Both the position numbers and the translations under genes were made by a program. DNA of 64,000 bases, from assembly GCF_006345805.1 (NCBI RefSeq), contig NC_043008.1, forward strand, positions 52,948,001 through 53,012,000, read 5' to 3'. Below the pieces are notes generated by a model. That model was not told the DNA's origin. It was given only the letters and a program-made list of their open reading frames with translations, and did no database searches. Below, in pieces: positions 12,315-25,022 of the stretch. The DNA is from Octopus sinensis. Lineage: Eukaryota. The first letter of the stretch is position 1; each line of letters opens with the position of its first letter.

Positions 12315-13277
12315 ATTCTTTACGTCCGTCCACATGTGGCACAGGAATGAGAAAAACTTGAAAACTGAAGTTCTATTTCAACCTTGTAAATTGATTTGCA
12401 CCACTAAAATTAAATTAAAAATTTATATAAAATGTAGGTTGCATATAAGAAATTAACGAAGAAAAATCGGTACGCATTTTAATTATCCCACGATTATATA
12501 TATTTCAGAGATTATATAAAAAGATGTTATCAAAATATTTACAGCGGATACTGTTCCTTAACACATACAATAAAGTTTTCAAAATTTACAACGTTAAAGT
12601 AGGAAATAACCAAAGTATCTGCTTGGATGGTCGCAGAAGAATGTCACCATTGAACAAATTTACAAAAAATGGCCTGGCTTTGAGGAAATATTACTCTAAA
12701 TGGAAAAGTAAAGATTGATGTTAAGAAGGGCTTCAAATGGATGGTATAACACAAGGGAATAGAACAAATTCATTAATATAACTGACTTCAGTTTTCTCTT
12801 CCGCCTTAAAATCATAAATTCAGCGGTTCTGCATAATTGGTCAAGCTGGCATCACAAATGACTTGATTGCCAATTATTTTAGTGTTTTTAAACGTTAGGT
12901 TTTCAGTAAAAAAACATTTTTTCCGATTTATTAAACACTTCAATCTTATTCACACATACCTATGGTGACTCAATCAAGTATGACCACCACTGACAAATAA
13001 TTATGCTAGACAGTGGCTCTCAGCAATTCTTATGTTGAAACTTCAATAACAGCTTCAAAGTCAAATAATCTAAAACTAAGCTTTACGTTGATGTGGTTAT
13101 TTAGGTATTTCATATTAGAGAGATACTTAAACAAAGCCTGGGGGGGGGGAGGTCTTTCTCTCATCCATCCATTCATTTATTGCTACTGAGAAATTACTCA
13201 AATGGTTGATACCCAGTGAAAAACGAGAACAAACTTCCAAGCTAACACATTGATCCTCATTGTCATGATCACGTCTG

Positions 13278-13524
13278 GGCGATCTTACGGTATATGTACC
13301 GGTGTACTTCCGGAAGTACCGGATGTATTTCAAAAGTATTTTTTTAAAATATATATATATATGGGGGTTAGGGTATGTGGCGATGCTTCGGTATATGTAC
13401 ACACGTGACTTTGTTTATATTTCTGAAGATAAACCCTTTTTACTCCCAACCCTAACCCTAAGCCCCCTATTATAAAAAAAAAACTTTTTTGAAATGTATC
13501 CGGTACATATACCGTGAGATTGCC
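13278..13524. mobile_element. 247-bp MITE-like element with internal TTAGGG/CCCTAA motifs
   Basis: Ends GGCGATCTTACGGTATATGTACCGG / CCGGTACATATACCGTGAGATTGCC; inward-facing GGGGGTTAGGGT (13363-13374) and AACCCTAACCCTAAGCCCCC (13448-13467). Confidence 0.65.
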
Positions 13525-14339
13525 TCTCGTTTGGTTTCTATGTTGGCATGGGTTCGCTTGACAGGGACTGGCAAAGTTAGGGGGCCACATTAAGTTCCAT
13601 AGTCTGTTTTGGCTTGGTCCCTACAGCAGGATGCCTTTCCAACACTGACCACTCCAGAGTGCACTGGGTGCTTTTTGTATGGCAGCTTTTCATGTGGGTA
13701 CTATCACCAGTCCCTTTCATGTGGCACGAGTGTTTTTTTTTTCACCCCAGTAATTGGTTTTTCAATTTTGGAATATTTCAACAAACTAATTGAAGTCTTG
13801 TACTTTCCCTCATTATTTCACATCCTTTTGCCTTCTGTTAAGAAAACATACAAATATGTGTGTGGTGTGTATCTATATATAAATATTAGAAGGAAACCAC
13901 TATGTGGACACCCCTATGCTAGAAATAGATCCGCCATGGTCTTACCACTTAAAAATGTTCTCAAGAAAAATTTAGCAAAACAACCAAAACGTAATCGAGC
14001 AAGACAAAAGAAAAAGCAATAAAAATATGGATTATTCGTATACATGTTCATTCACTATTAACATATGTAATTTTACTTACTTTCAAGGCAGTGCCCCAGG
14101 ATGGTTGCAGTCTAATGAATGAAGCAAACAAAAGCTAAAAGATTTACTATGATATTGCATCTACAAAATTTAGTGTGCTTTAGATGACAGATCAGCAGGG
14201 AAAATCTATGTAAAGATTAGGGCTTCACACACCAAATTGTTAGATGTGGGCAAAAACAGGCCATTTCTTGGAGAATCAGTTTACCTTTTTAATGAGAAGA
14301 GTAACAACAGAAATAAGCATAATTTAAATCTTTTTTTTT

Positions 14340-14706
14340 CTCTTTTTACTTGTTTCAGTCATTTTGACTGCGGCCATGCTGGTGCACCGCCTTTAATCGA
14401 GCAACTCGACCCAGGACTTGTTCTATCGGTCTCTTTTGCCGAACCGCTAAGTGACGGGGACATAACCACACCATCGGTTGTCAAGCAATGCTAGGGGGAC
14501 AAACACAGACACACAAACATACACACACATACATACATATACGACGGGCTTCTTTCAGTTTCTGTCTACCAAATCCACCCACAAGGCTTTGGTCGACCCG
14601 AGGCTATAGTAGAAGACACCTGCCCAAGGTGCCACGCAGTGGGATTGAACCTGGAACCATGTGGTTGGTAAACAAGCTACTTACCACACAGCCACTCCTG
14701 TGCCTA
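14340..14706 (-). mobile_element. SINE family A
   Basis: Full reverse-complement copy of the family at 6968 and 55127. Confidence 0.85.
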
Positions 14707-14928
14707 CTATTGGTTACTATCTTTTATCTTTTCTTTGTTTCAGTCCTCGGACTGTGGCCATGTTGGGCTACCAGCTCAAGGGTTACTTGAACAAATCGAC
14801 CCCAGGGCTTATTTTATTTTAAAGTCTGGTAGGTATTTTTCAGTCTCTTTTGCTGAACGACAAAGTTAGTTGGATGTAAACAAGCCAGCACCAGATGTCA
14901 AGCAGTGAGAAAAACACACATGTATACC

Positions 14929-15330
14929 ATCATCATCATCATCGTTTAACATCCACTTTCCATGCTAGCATGGGTTGGACGAATGACTGAGGGGTGGCAA
15001 ACCAGATGGCTGCACCAGGCTTCAATCTTGATCTGGCAGAGTTTCTACAGCTGGATACCCTTCCTAACGCCAACCACTCCGAGAGTGTAGTGGGCGCTTT
15101 TTACATGCCACCGGCACGGGGCCAGTCAGGCGGTACTGGCAATGACCTCGCTCGAATCTTTTACACATGCCATCGGCACAGGTGCCAGTAAGGTGATGCT
15201 GGTAACGGATCACACTCGAATGGTGTCTTTTACGTGCCACCGGCACGGAGGCCAGATCGCCACTCAGGCAACAATCATGCTCGGATGGTGCTCTTTAAGG
15301 CGATGCTGGTAACGATCACGCTCGAATGTG
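14929..15330 (-). mobile_element. RTE-type 3'-end element with (GAT)n tail and internal tandem subrepeats
   Basis: Reverse complement of GGTTGGCGTTAGGAAGGG..CCAGCTGTAGAAAC...GTTAAACGATGATG. Related copies at about 15825-16240 (-), 19670-19845 (+) and 20160-20350 (+); the same motifs recur in the 3' end of the RTE at 16265-18295. Confidence 0.7.
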
Positions 15331-15399
15331 CATGTATAATAATAATTGATGAAGGAAATGGAAAATAGATTTAGCACTAGGCTTTATTCAGTACGATGA

Positions 15400-15606
15400 T
15401 TATTTCGACCCATCCTGCAACTGTCTGTTATGGGTAGGATTCTGTTCATCTAATAGTATTACATCAATCTGTGCAGTTTCATCCTGCCATCCTGCTGATT
15501 CAGTAATCTTTTCTTCACCATTGTTGAAATTATCTTGGAGTTTCTCGTAATTACTCAGCTCTGGGATGAATGTCACATCAGATATGTGCATAAAGAAGGG
15601 GATGTC
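15400..15606 (-). CDS. Possible terminal exon of an unidentified gene
   Basis: TAGCAG acceptor at 15612-15607, 68 open codons (DIPFFMHISD...LQDGSK), stop at 15400-15402, AATAAA 11 nt later (15383-15388). No recognisable homology. Confidence 0.25.
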   Translation of the reverse strand, partial: DIPFFMHISDVTFIPELSNYEKLQDNFNNGEEKITESAGWQDETAQIDVILLDEQNPTHNRQLQDGSK

Positions 15607-16264
15607 CTGCTAGATATACTGAAATGTCCTAGGTATGTTATCCGTGTCTGCTGTACTTTAGTTATGACCAGCTGTAGCTGTCTGTGGGTATATAACAAAA
15701 TTAAATCATGATCTTAAAATATAGAGGGTACAACCTATCAAAGAAAGATTACATTTAGGTTAACGGGGAGGGGTGTGCATTCGCAGTCATGAACACACAG
15801 AAATATATGTATAAATATGTTATATATATCATCATCATCGTTTAACGTCCACTTTCAATGCTAGCATGGGTTGGACGATTTGACTGAGGACTGGCGAACC
15901 AGACGGCTGCACCAGGCTCCAATCTGATCTGGCAGAGTTTTTACTAGTGGGTGCTTTTACGTACCACTGGCACTAGGGCCAGTCAGGTAGTACTAGCAAC
16001 GGCCACACTCAAGTTGTATTTTTTACGTGCCACCTGCACAGGAGCCAGTCCAGTGGCACTGGCAATGACCTCGCTCGAATGATTTTCACGTGTCACCTGC
16101 ACAACTGCCAGTAAGGCGACGCTGGTAATGATTACGTTTGAATGGTGCTTTTTACATGTCACCGGCATGGAAGCCAGTCAGCTGCTCTGGCAGTGATCAC
16201 GCTCAAATGGTGCTCTTAGTGCTCCACTGGTATGGGTGCCAGTCATACATATATACATCTATGT

Positions 16265-18295
16265 GTTAGGTAAATGGCCCTGCTTAATATATAGGAAAGG
16301 AGTTGGAAGAAATTCCATTCGCTACACCCACTGTAAGCTATGGTCACATAAGAGGTGTGGTGGAATCAGAGGTAGATTAACTGATATTTGTGTCTATACA
16401 TGGCAGATGTGCAGGAACAATAAGCACTAAGTAGATTCTCTCAAATGCCCAGGAGGCTCTCTTGAGGTTGTAGATAGTTTCTGTTACCTAGGTGACCAAA
16501 TTAGCAATGGTGGAGGATGCTCTGAAAGTATTGTTTCTAGAATAAGAATAGGATGGAGGAAGTTCAAAGGACTCTCTCAGAGTGAAAGGTAGACTATGAT
16601 GCTTGTGTGCCAATGGCTATACTCCCTGAATGCAGAAGACGTGAGTAGACTGGGGAGAAATGAAAGCAGTGTACTCTGTTGGCTGTACAACATCAGTGTT
16701 CATGTATGACAAAGTGCAAGTGTATTGAGAAAAGAGTCGGGCATGAGAGGAATCAAATGCAGCATGCAAGAGAGAAGACTACATTGGTTTGGACATGTGA
16801 TGCATATGAGTGGGGACAGCTGCATAAAGAAGTGCTGATCACTGAAAGTGGATGCTACCCCCAGGAAGATGAGACAAAGTGGTAAAGACTGCTCTCAGGA
16901 TGCTTGGCTTCACAGAAGATATGACAATGGTCTGTGATGTTGGGTGATATGAGGTTCTTGAGAAGACCCGCTCACATCACCGAAACTAAGTTCTAGTAGC
17001 GCTGTGTGTTTCACCCACATCTAACAAGGAAATCTTTCTCATGCCCTACCCCAACAAACCAAACTTCGTCTCTACATCTCTTTCTCACATTTCCTCTTTC
17101 ATGCACTATTCTTTCCGCTCACTCTCCAATCCTGTTCTCTTGGTCCCTTTTCACTGTATCATTGTTATCTGCTAGCCACTGACCTGTGTGTTCCACCCAC
17201 ATGTAACAAGAAAACTTTCACACACCCTACCAGAGCAAACCAAACTACATCTCTATGTCCCGTCTCTTCCCTTCTTTACATTTCCTCCTTCATGCGCTAT
17301 ACTCACCTCTAACTCTCCAATCCTGTCCTCACAGCCCCGTTTCTTTATCATTGCTATCTGGTAGCCCCACACCTCTATATACCCAGGTTTTCACCATTCA
17401 CTGCATTGCCCTTCCCCACTCCCTACTCACACTTCTTTAGCAATGTCCTGCCACTTATGACCTTCAAACCTCACAGGTATACCCTGGCACTTGCAACCAT
17501 CTCTCTCTCTCTCTTACTTGACAATCCCATTTATATTCTGATCCCTGTCCCTTATAAGTATGCCTGGCACTTTGCCACCATCTCTCTCCTGCTGTCTCCT
17601 AATCTCTCTCTTTTCTTCTGCTCTTCCCTCAAGTTGGATAACCATGTATCACCTTTACAGCAGCACACCTATTTCTGCCCTCATTCCTGATCTCTCTCTC
17701 TCTTCAGACAGGTAACCTTGTATCTCCTCTACTGCAAGACACCTGTCTCTCTGTCTCACTATAACCTTTCAACATCTGACACAAGATCACCTTCTCCAAT
17801 GCCCCCCCCCCCCAAAACCTCACAAATGATTTTTGTCTTGGAAGTTACTTGGTGACTCTGTCAGTGCAGGTGCCACATAAAAAGCATCCAGTCTACACTG
17901 TAAAGTGGTTGGCATTTGGAAGGGCATCCAGCTATAAAAAAAACTTGCAAAAACTGACCTCCTCTGTGTTTGTGCCATGTAGAAAGCACTCGGGCCACTC
18001 TGCAGAGTGGTTTGTGTTAGGAAGGGCATTCAGTTGTAAAAATCTTCAGGCATACAGGAAGGGCATTCAGCTGTAAAAATCTTCAGGCATACAGGAAAGG
18101 CATCCAGCTGTAAAAAACCTTGCAAAAACTGACTGCCTGTGCTAGTGCCACATAAAAAGCACTCTGTCCACTCTGCTGGGTGGTTGGTGTTAACAAGGGC
18201 ATTCAATCATAAAAAAACCCTGCCAGAAAGGACAGAAATCTGGTGCAGGCTTCTACCTGACTGGCTCCTGTCAAACTGTTCCGCTCGATGATGAT
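16265..18295 (+). mobile_element. Decayed RTE-clade LINE (RT 3' half, long 3' UTR, GAT tail)
   Basis: Frameshifted KWPC..RKGVGRNSI...CKLWSHKRC, LEVVDSFCYLGDQIS.GGGCSESI, RIRIGWRKF and LRVKGRL. 17001-17372 is a degenerate tandem pair of about 185 bp; ends GATGATGATG near 18295. Confidence 0.75.
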
Positions 18296-18299
18296 GACG

Positions 18300-18680
18300 G
18301 GCCTGGGCATGGATTCACTGAAGCTCCGGCGTCTGGCGATGGACTTGGTAAACACCCACAAAGTTATCAACTACCTCACCAACAACAACACTGAACACCT
18401 TTTTGATCTCCATGTGTCTAACACACGTGGACATGCCTACGAAGTCAGAAAACAACACAGCTCCCATGACTTTCGGAAACATTTTTTTCACACTCAGAGT
18501 TGCTGAAGCATGGAACAAACTGCCTGCGTCAGTTATTGACTGGCATGACACTGCATCCTTTAAGGCTCTCATGCTTTCCGAAATCCGCCGAAACTACACC
18601 TGATTATTCATACACTTTAGATGAGTTGTAGTGCACCTGAGCACTGTACACAATGTTTATTATTATTATTATTATTACGT
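18300..18680 (+). mobile_element. CR1 LINE 3' fragment with (ATT)n tail
   Basis: LRRLAMDLVNTHKVIN...TRGHAYEVRKQHSSHDFRKHFF (frameshift) TLRVAEAWNKLP, followed by TTATTATTATT. Confidence 0.8.
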
Positions 18681-18845
18681 GTGCACAAACATGACAAAGT
18701 TTTTGTCAACCAAATCTACACACAAGGCTTCAGTCGGCCTGTGGTTAAAGTAAATGACACTTGTCCAAGTTGCTGTACAATGGGACTGAACCCAAGGCTG
18801 CATGGTTGGATAACAGGCTTCTTAACTACACCTGTGCCTACATAC

Positions 18846-19038
18846 TCTTTTACTTGTTTCAGTCATTTGACTAGGGCCATGCTGGAGCACCGCCTTTAGT
18901 GGAGCACATCGACCCCAGGACTTATTCTTTGTAAGCCTAGTACTTATTCTATCGGTCCCTTTTGCCGAACTGCTAAGTTACAGGGATGTAACCACACACC
19001 ATCAGTTGTCAAGCGATGTTGGTGGGGGGGACAAACAT

Positions 19039-19077
<39 letters not shown>

Positions 19078-19243
19078 CATACGACAGGCTTCTTTCAGTT
19101 TCCGTCTCCCAAATCCACTCAAGGTTTTGGTTGGCCCGAGGCTACAGTAGAAGACACTTGTCCAAGGTGCCATGCAGTGGGACTGAACCTGGAACCATGT
19201 AGTTCGTAAGCAAGCTACTTACCAGACAGCTATTCTATGCCTA
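18846..19243 (-). mobile_element. SINE family A
   Basis: Full reverse-complement copy. Confidence 0.85.
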
Positions 19244-20364
19244 TGTTAGCCATTCAAAAAAAAAAAAAACAATCTGAAGGCATTCAGCCATATTTGTTAC
19301 TAGTCTTCATTTAGCATCTGTGAATATTTAGTAGATTTCTGCATGACACCTCAGAGTAAAACTATTTCTGTGCAAATATTATAACGAATGTATTTATTAG
19401 ACACGTTGAGAAAGTTGAATTTCTGATGATGAAACTGGATCATTTAGTTTTCTAATTAGGGAAATCCAATGATATCACATCTAACAAGCTTTCACCTGGT
19501 GTGCTAACGATTCTGCCAGCTCACCATCTTTTCTGAAATCAATAATAATAATGATGGTACTTTTTAATTTTGGCCCCAAGGTTAGTAATTTGGTAGGGAT
19601 GTGAAGTTAGTTGTATTGACTATACTGCTTAATTGGTATTTATTTGAACTTGCCAGTATTGCCTGACTGGCCCCCATGCCGGTGGCACGTAAAAAGCACC
19701 CACTACACTCCCAAAGTGGTTGGCATTAGGAAGGGCATCCAGCTGTAGAAACTCTGCCAGATCAGACTGGAACCTGGTGCAGCCATCAGTCAAAATCGTC
19801 CAACCCATGCTAGCATGGAAAGCGAACGTTAAACGATGATGATGAGGACATATAGAGCTGGACAAAATGCCACCATGCATTTTCTTAGATAATGGTTCTG
19901 TCACCTTGCCACCCCATCAGAGAAATGGATGGGGGGCTGAGGGAATATACAAAAAAAAAAAACTCATATTGAAAAGGTTGCAAGATGCAATGAAAATTTT
20001 AGAAAAATAAAAATGAAATAAGTGGAAATTTTACCGGAGAGCGTGTTAAATTATAAGGCACTAAAAGAGAATGACTCTCTCCAGACACAACAGAATAAAG
20101 AGTGGAGTTTTGCATAAACTTGAATAATTAAAAACAAAGCACAAAAAAAAAAAAAAAAAGAATGCCGGTGGCATGTAAAAAGCACCCACTACACTCTGAG
20201 TGGTTGGCATTAGGAAGGGCATCCAGCTGTAGAAACACTGCTAGATCAAGATTGGAACCTGGTGCAGCCATCTGGTTCGCCAGTCCTCTGTCAAAATCGT
20301 CCAACCCATGCTAGCATGGAAAGCAGACGTTAAACGATGATGATGATGAATGCAAGTATGTGGT

Positions 20365-20712
20365 TATGACGACGAGGGTTCCGGTTGATCCGACCAACGG
20401 AACAGCCTGCTCGTGAAATTAACGTGTAAGTGGCTGAGCACTCCACAGACACGTGTACCCTTAACGTAGTTCTCGGGGATATTCAGCGTGACACAGAGAG
20501 TGACAAGGCCGGCCCTTTGAAATACAAGAAGTAAGAGTGAGAGAAAGTTGTGGTGAAAGAGTACAGCAGGGATCACCACCATCCCCTGCCGGAGCCTCGG
20601 GGAGCTTTAGGTGTTTTCGCTCAATAAACACTCACAACGCCCGGTCTGGGAATCGAAACCGTGATCCTATGACCATGAGTCCGCTGCCCTAACCACTGGG
20701 CCATTGCGCATC
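20365..20712 (-). mobile_element. tRNA-derived SINE family C
   Basis: Reverse complement of GCGCAATGGCCCAGTGGTTAGGGCAGCGGACTC...GGTTTCGATTCCCAGACCGGGCGTTGTGAGTG. Other copies at about 41440-41625 (-), 53833-54125 (+), 56985-57250 (-) and 62659-62940 (+). Confidence 0.8.
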
Positions 20713-21160
20713 CTGAATGCAAGTATACACACTATATGATATTTACAAAATAGATGAAATATAAGCAATACTGGTATACAGCATTGACAAATAAGCATTA
20801 ATAATAATAATACTAACCCTTTCTAATATAGCCACAAGGCCTGAAATTTTGTGGGGAGGAGGCTAGTCGCTCACATTGGTCCCCAGCATTTCACTGGTAT
20901 TTAATTTATCGACTCCAAAAGGATGAAAGGTGAAGTTGACTTCGGCAGAATTTGAACTCAGGACATAGATGCAGACGAAAAACCGATAAGCGGTTCACCC
21001 GATGTGCTAACAATTTTGCCAGCTCGCCACCTTAAAAATAATAATAATAATACTTTCTTTATTCACCACTAAGGGGTCTTTAAAGAAAAATCCTTGGGAT
21101 GGTACTTGACAATACAATGTGGCGTTACACAAAGAAGCATGTAAAAAGTAGACCAACATA

Positions 21161-21558
21161 AGCGTAGGTGTGGCTGTATGGTAAGTAGCTTGCTTACGAA
21201 CCACATGGTTCTGGGTTCAGTCCCACTGCGTGGCACCTTGGGCAAGTGTCTTCTACTATAGTATCGGGCCAACCAAAGCCTTGTTGGATTTGATAGAAGG
21301 AAACTGAAAGAAGCCCGTCGTATATATATATATATATGTGTATGTGTGTATATGTATGTTTGTGTGTCCGTGTTTGTCCCCTCAACATCGCTTGACAACC
21401 GATGCTGGTGTGCCTACGTCCCCGTGAGTTAGTGGTTCGGCAAAAGAGACCGGTAGAATAAGTACTACGCTTACAAAGAATAAGTCCTAGGGTCGATTTG
21501 CTCAACTAAAGACGGTGCTCCAGCATGGCCACAGTCAAATGACTGAAACAAGTAAAAG
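21161..21558 (+). mobile_element. SINE family A
   Basis: Full copy with head, microsatellite core and tail. Confidence 0.85.
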
Positions 21559-21614
21559 TAGACAAACTATGATGATGATGATTCTCTTTTGTTAAAAGTA
21601 TAATAACAAAAGGG

Positions 21615-21800
21615 AAAAGCACTAAACAAATTCATCAACAAAACTGCCTGGGAACAGCCCTCATGTCCAGAAAGGTGTTCTTCATTAAATAGTAACAACA
21701 CATCCTTTTGTGTTCTAGAGCCATTGATTGGATCCCAGCAAGATTGGTTAAGGCAGGTACAGCAACAGGAATAATCAGATAATAATGATCATGATGATGA
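21615..21800 (+). mobile_element. Possible restriction-like-endonuclease LINE (NeSL/Utopia-like) 3' remnant
   Basis: With one frameshift reads KTA(L)GTALMSRKVF*, similar to the KTALLGTAHILRKVL C-terminal motif; AAT/GAT-rich tail follows. Confidence 0.3.
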
Positions 21801-22423
21801 TAATAAAAATAAAAATAAGAAATAAATAAAATTAAATTAAATAAAAATAAGAAATAAGTAGAAATTTTACTGGTGAGTGTGTTAAATTATAAGGTACAAA
21901 AAGAAAATGGCTCTCCCAGACACAACAGAATATGCTTCAATACACGAAGTCATATAAAGAATCTTGCAAACCAAATCCCAAAACGAAAAAATATATATAT
22001 ATATAAATGCTCTATGAACCATACGATTTAATAATAACAGTAATACAACGTTTAGCAACATAATTGCATTCTACACTTTCCAAAGCGTATCTCTGTAAAA
22101 TTTCATGAGAGAATATGCATTATTTAGAAAAGTTATAGGTGAAAGAAGACCTCATCAATAAACTGTAGCCATTCCCTGAACATCGGCAAACGACTGCAGG
22201 TAACTATACTAAAATAAAATATGGACCAAAAGACATAACACGATTCCTAGAAATTTCTGATCTCTAACGATAGAAACTGAGCAGCAGACTCAATGCACAC
22301 GTAAAATGAGAACATTGCTCCGAAACATTAAGAAATGCGAGTTGAATTATAAGTGAAGAAAGCTTTTTAACATTCCCCGCCATTTTCTACGTGTTCGTTT
22401 CTTTCAAAATTTATTCAATGAAA

Positions 22424-22649
22424 GGATCTTTTCCTTTTGAACGGCAAATGATTTTAGCTCAATTAGAGGCGATTCATTGGTTAAAATTCGAAAAATTAAA
22501 CTACGTTAAACAAACGAATTACAATTTTATCAAGAAAACCAAGAGAAAATAATGTTTTATTTTGACACATTCTACCAGTATACGAAGTTTTAAAGTGTTT
22601 AGTTAACTAGAAATTGTGTTGACATGTGCCGTTCAAAAGGAAAAGATCC
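22424..22649. mobile_element. 226-bp MITE with perfect 23-bp TIRs
   Basis: GGATCTTTTCCTTTTGAACGGCA (22424-22446) and its exact reverse complement (22627-22649); no TSD identified. Confidence 0.8.
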
Positions 22650-23904
22650 CAATGAAATGCACGATAAAACTATGTTAATTGATTGAAAAGTCATTGGTTC
22701 TGTCTCAGAAATATTTTTCGTAGAAATATTCACCGAGAAACTAAAAGACTGAAATAAAAATATTTTGTAAATAAATTAATGGAAATAGGAATATTAACGT
22801 CGTTTATGTCATTACAAATTTTGATAATTGTCAACTTTGGTTTCAGTTATTTCGAAATTATGCATATATCTCGTCCATAAAGTACGATCTAAAACTAAAA
22901 AAAAAACAAAAAAAGGATTTTTGTACTTAATTTTGTATTAATCTTTTATTTTGTTTACGAAATTAATATTTTTTAAAAGATGCGTAATTATATGAGATAT
23001 CAAATGAATAAAACTTGTTACAAAATCGTAGAAAATAATGTTTCACACAAACAATTATTAAATGTAAATTAGGACAGGTTATTACACCCAATTATATAAG
23101 TAACTTAAATTGAAATTTACGATTATATTTATAAGAAATATTTTTCACAAATTTTAGCAAAAATAACGATTTATGGTCAAGGGGAGAGCAATCCTGTCAG
23201 ATGAATTCTGAGTGATTCGTGAGTTATGTCCCATTACATGCTTTGCCGCCAGAATCTTCTACGATACAAAAAATTCCGTCTTAAAAAGATTTAAATTAAA
23301 ACCTAGAAAAATTTCAAGTAACTTTATGTTCCTAAAACACTAGCTGACTAACAGCAAAAATATTTTACTAGATTCTTAGCTATTTAAAAAAAAGAAAACG
23401 ATAATAAAAGAGTTAACTAAATTTCCAGTAAGATATAATTATGTACGCGGTATTTCTATTGCCCCCTTAACATGAGACTAGAATAGGGTTTCTTTTTTAC
23501 TAAGTATTACACGAGGCAAGTCTCTCTAATTACCCGTATAATCTATATGAAGGGTTTCCGCATAAATTCCATCTACCCAGTTTCACTCACAAGGCTTGGA
23601 GAAAAAACAAAACAAAAATCAAACACAAACAAACAAACAAAAATGCTTGGTCATGATACCATGCAATGAGATCGAACCCATGGTTTTATGGTTACGAAAC
23701 GAGCTTCTTGTCCACCCCGAACCATAACACATAACACTGAATAATCTTTTCTACTTTAGGTAGAAAATCTGAAATTTGGGGAAAGGGAGTCAATTTCATC
23801 GGCTGGTACTTTGCTCAGACTTGCTCTTCGGAGGGGGAATTTCAAGGGGAAATCCCACGGAGATCTTTACCCTTACAAATGTGTCCCAACTAAGTGCAAG
23901 CAAT

Positions 23905-24146
23905 CATTTCTTATTTCTTTATTGTCCACGACGGGCTAAACATAGAGGGGACATACAAAGACAGACAAACGGATTAAGCCGATTACATCGACCACAGTGC
24001 GTAACTGGTACTTAATTTATCGACCCCGAAAGGATGAAAGGCAAAGTCGACCTCAGCGGAATTTGAACTCAGAACGTAACGGCAGATGTAATACCGCTAA
24101 GCATTTCGCCCGGCGTGCTAACGTTTCTGCCAGCTCGCCGCCTTAA
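23905..24146 (-). mobile_element. tRNA-derived SINE family B
   Basis: Reverse complement of AGGCGGCGAGCTGGCAGAAACGTTAGCACGCCGGGCG...GAGTTCAAATTCCGCCGAGGTCGACTTTGCCTTTCATCCTTTCGGGGTCGATAAATTAAGTACC. More than 10 copies, e.g. about 28058-28292 (+), 29693-29912 (-), 43272-43600 (+, dimer), 55895-56322 (-, dimer), 59440-59640 (+). Confidence 0.85.
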
Positions 24147-25022
24147 GTCATTTGGCCTGTAGGCATTTATGTTTGTGATACATGGACTCTGGAGAATGTT
24201 ACGAGTCTCTTACAAGGACCATCGGAATGGGTGTTCCAAGTAGGTAGAAAATGACGACTATAAAACGTAGTGCAAAACAAAAGTTCGTCTATTCTGGCCA
24301 TATTCGAAGAAGCAGAGGAAAGCATTATCATGGAAGAGTAGAAAGGCAGACAAGGAATACAGTGAACGGACAAGAGGTAGTCGGAGTGATTAATCGAGAG
24401 GATATTTCGCTGTAATATCACTAATACATTTCATCAATTATTAATATACTAATGTACCCTCATCAATAAATTTGCAAGCGCAACATACATCACTGCGCTT
24501 AACGGTCAAAGGGAAAGAACTTTCTACATACTTTATAAGAGTTATTTCCCTTACATCACTAATAGATTGACTTCGTCTTTGTGTCTCCCCACCTCTCTCT
24601 CTCTCTATATATATACACGTATGTGTGCGTGAGTGCATGTGAATATTAAAACGCAACAGTTTTTAGATTAAAAAAAAAATTAACATCACCAAATAAAATA
24701 TATTAATAATAATAATCCTTTCTATTGGATTGTCCGGAAAGATCGTGCCGATTTTTGAAAGAAAGAAAATGGTTAATTAATAGACGAACTTTTGTTTTGC
24801 ACTACGTTTTGTAGCTGTCATTTTCTACCTACTTGGAACACCCATTCCGATGGTCCTTGTAAGAGACTCGTAACATTCTCCAGAGTCCAATGTATCACAA
24901 ACATAAATTCCTACTGGCAAAATGACTTAAGGCGGCGAGCTGGCAGGAACGTTAGCACGCCGGGCGAAATGCTTAGCCGTATTTCGTCTGCCGCTACGTT
25001 CTGAGTTCAAATTCCGCCGAGG
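24051..25022. repeat. Inverted duplication, arms 24051-24293 and 24779-25022
   Basis: Arms of about 243 bp, roughly 94% identical; each contains a SINE-B head plus the same adjoining 150-bp flank. Confidence 0.85.

Noticed and set aside
12520-12960. Possible decayed coding sequence (LLGWSQKNVTIEQIYKKWPGF...)
   Set aside because: Multiple stops and no motif I can assign.
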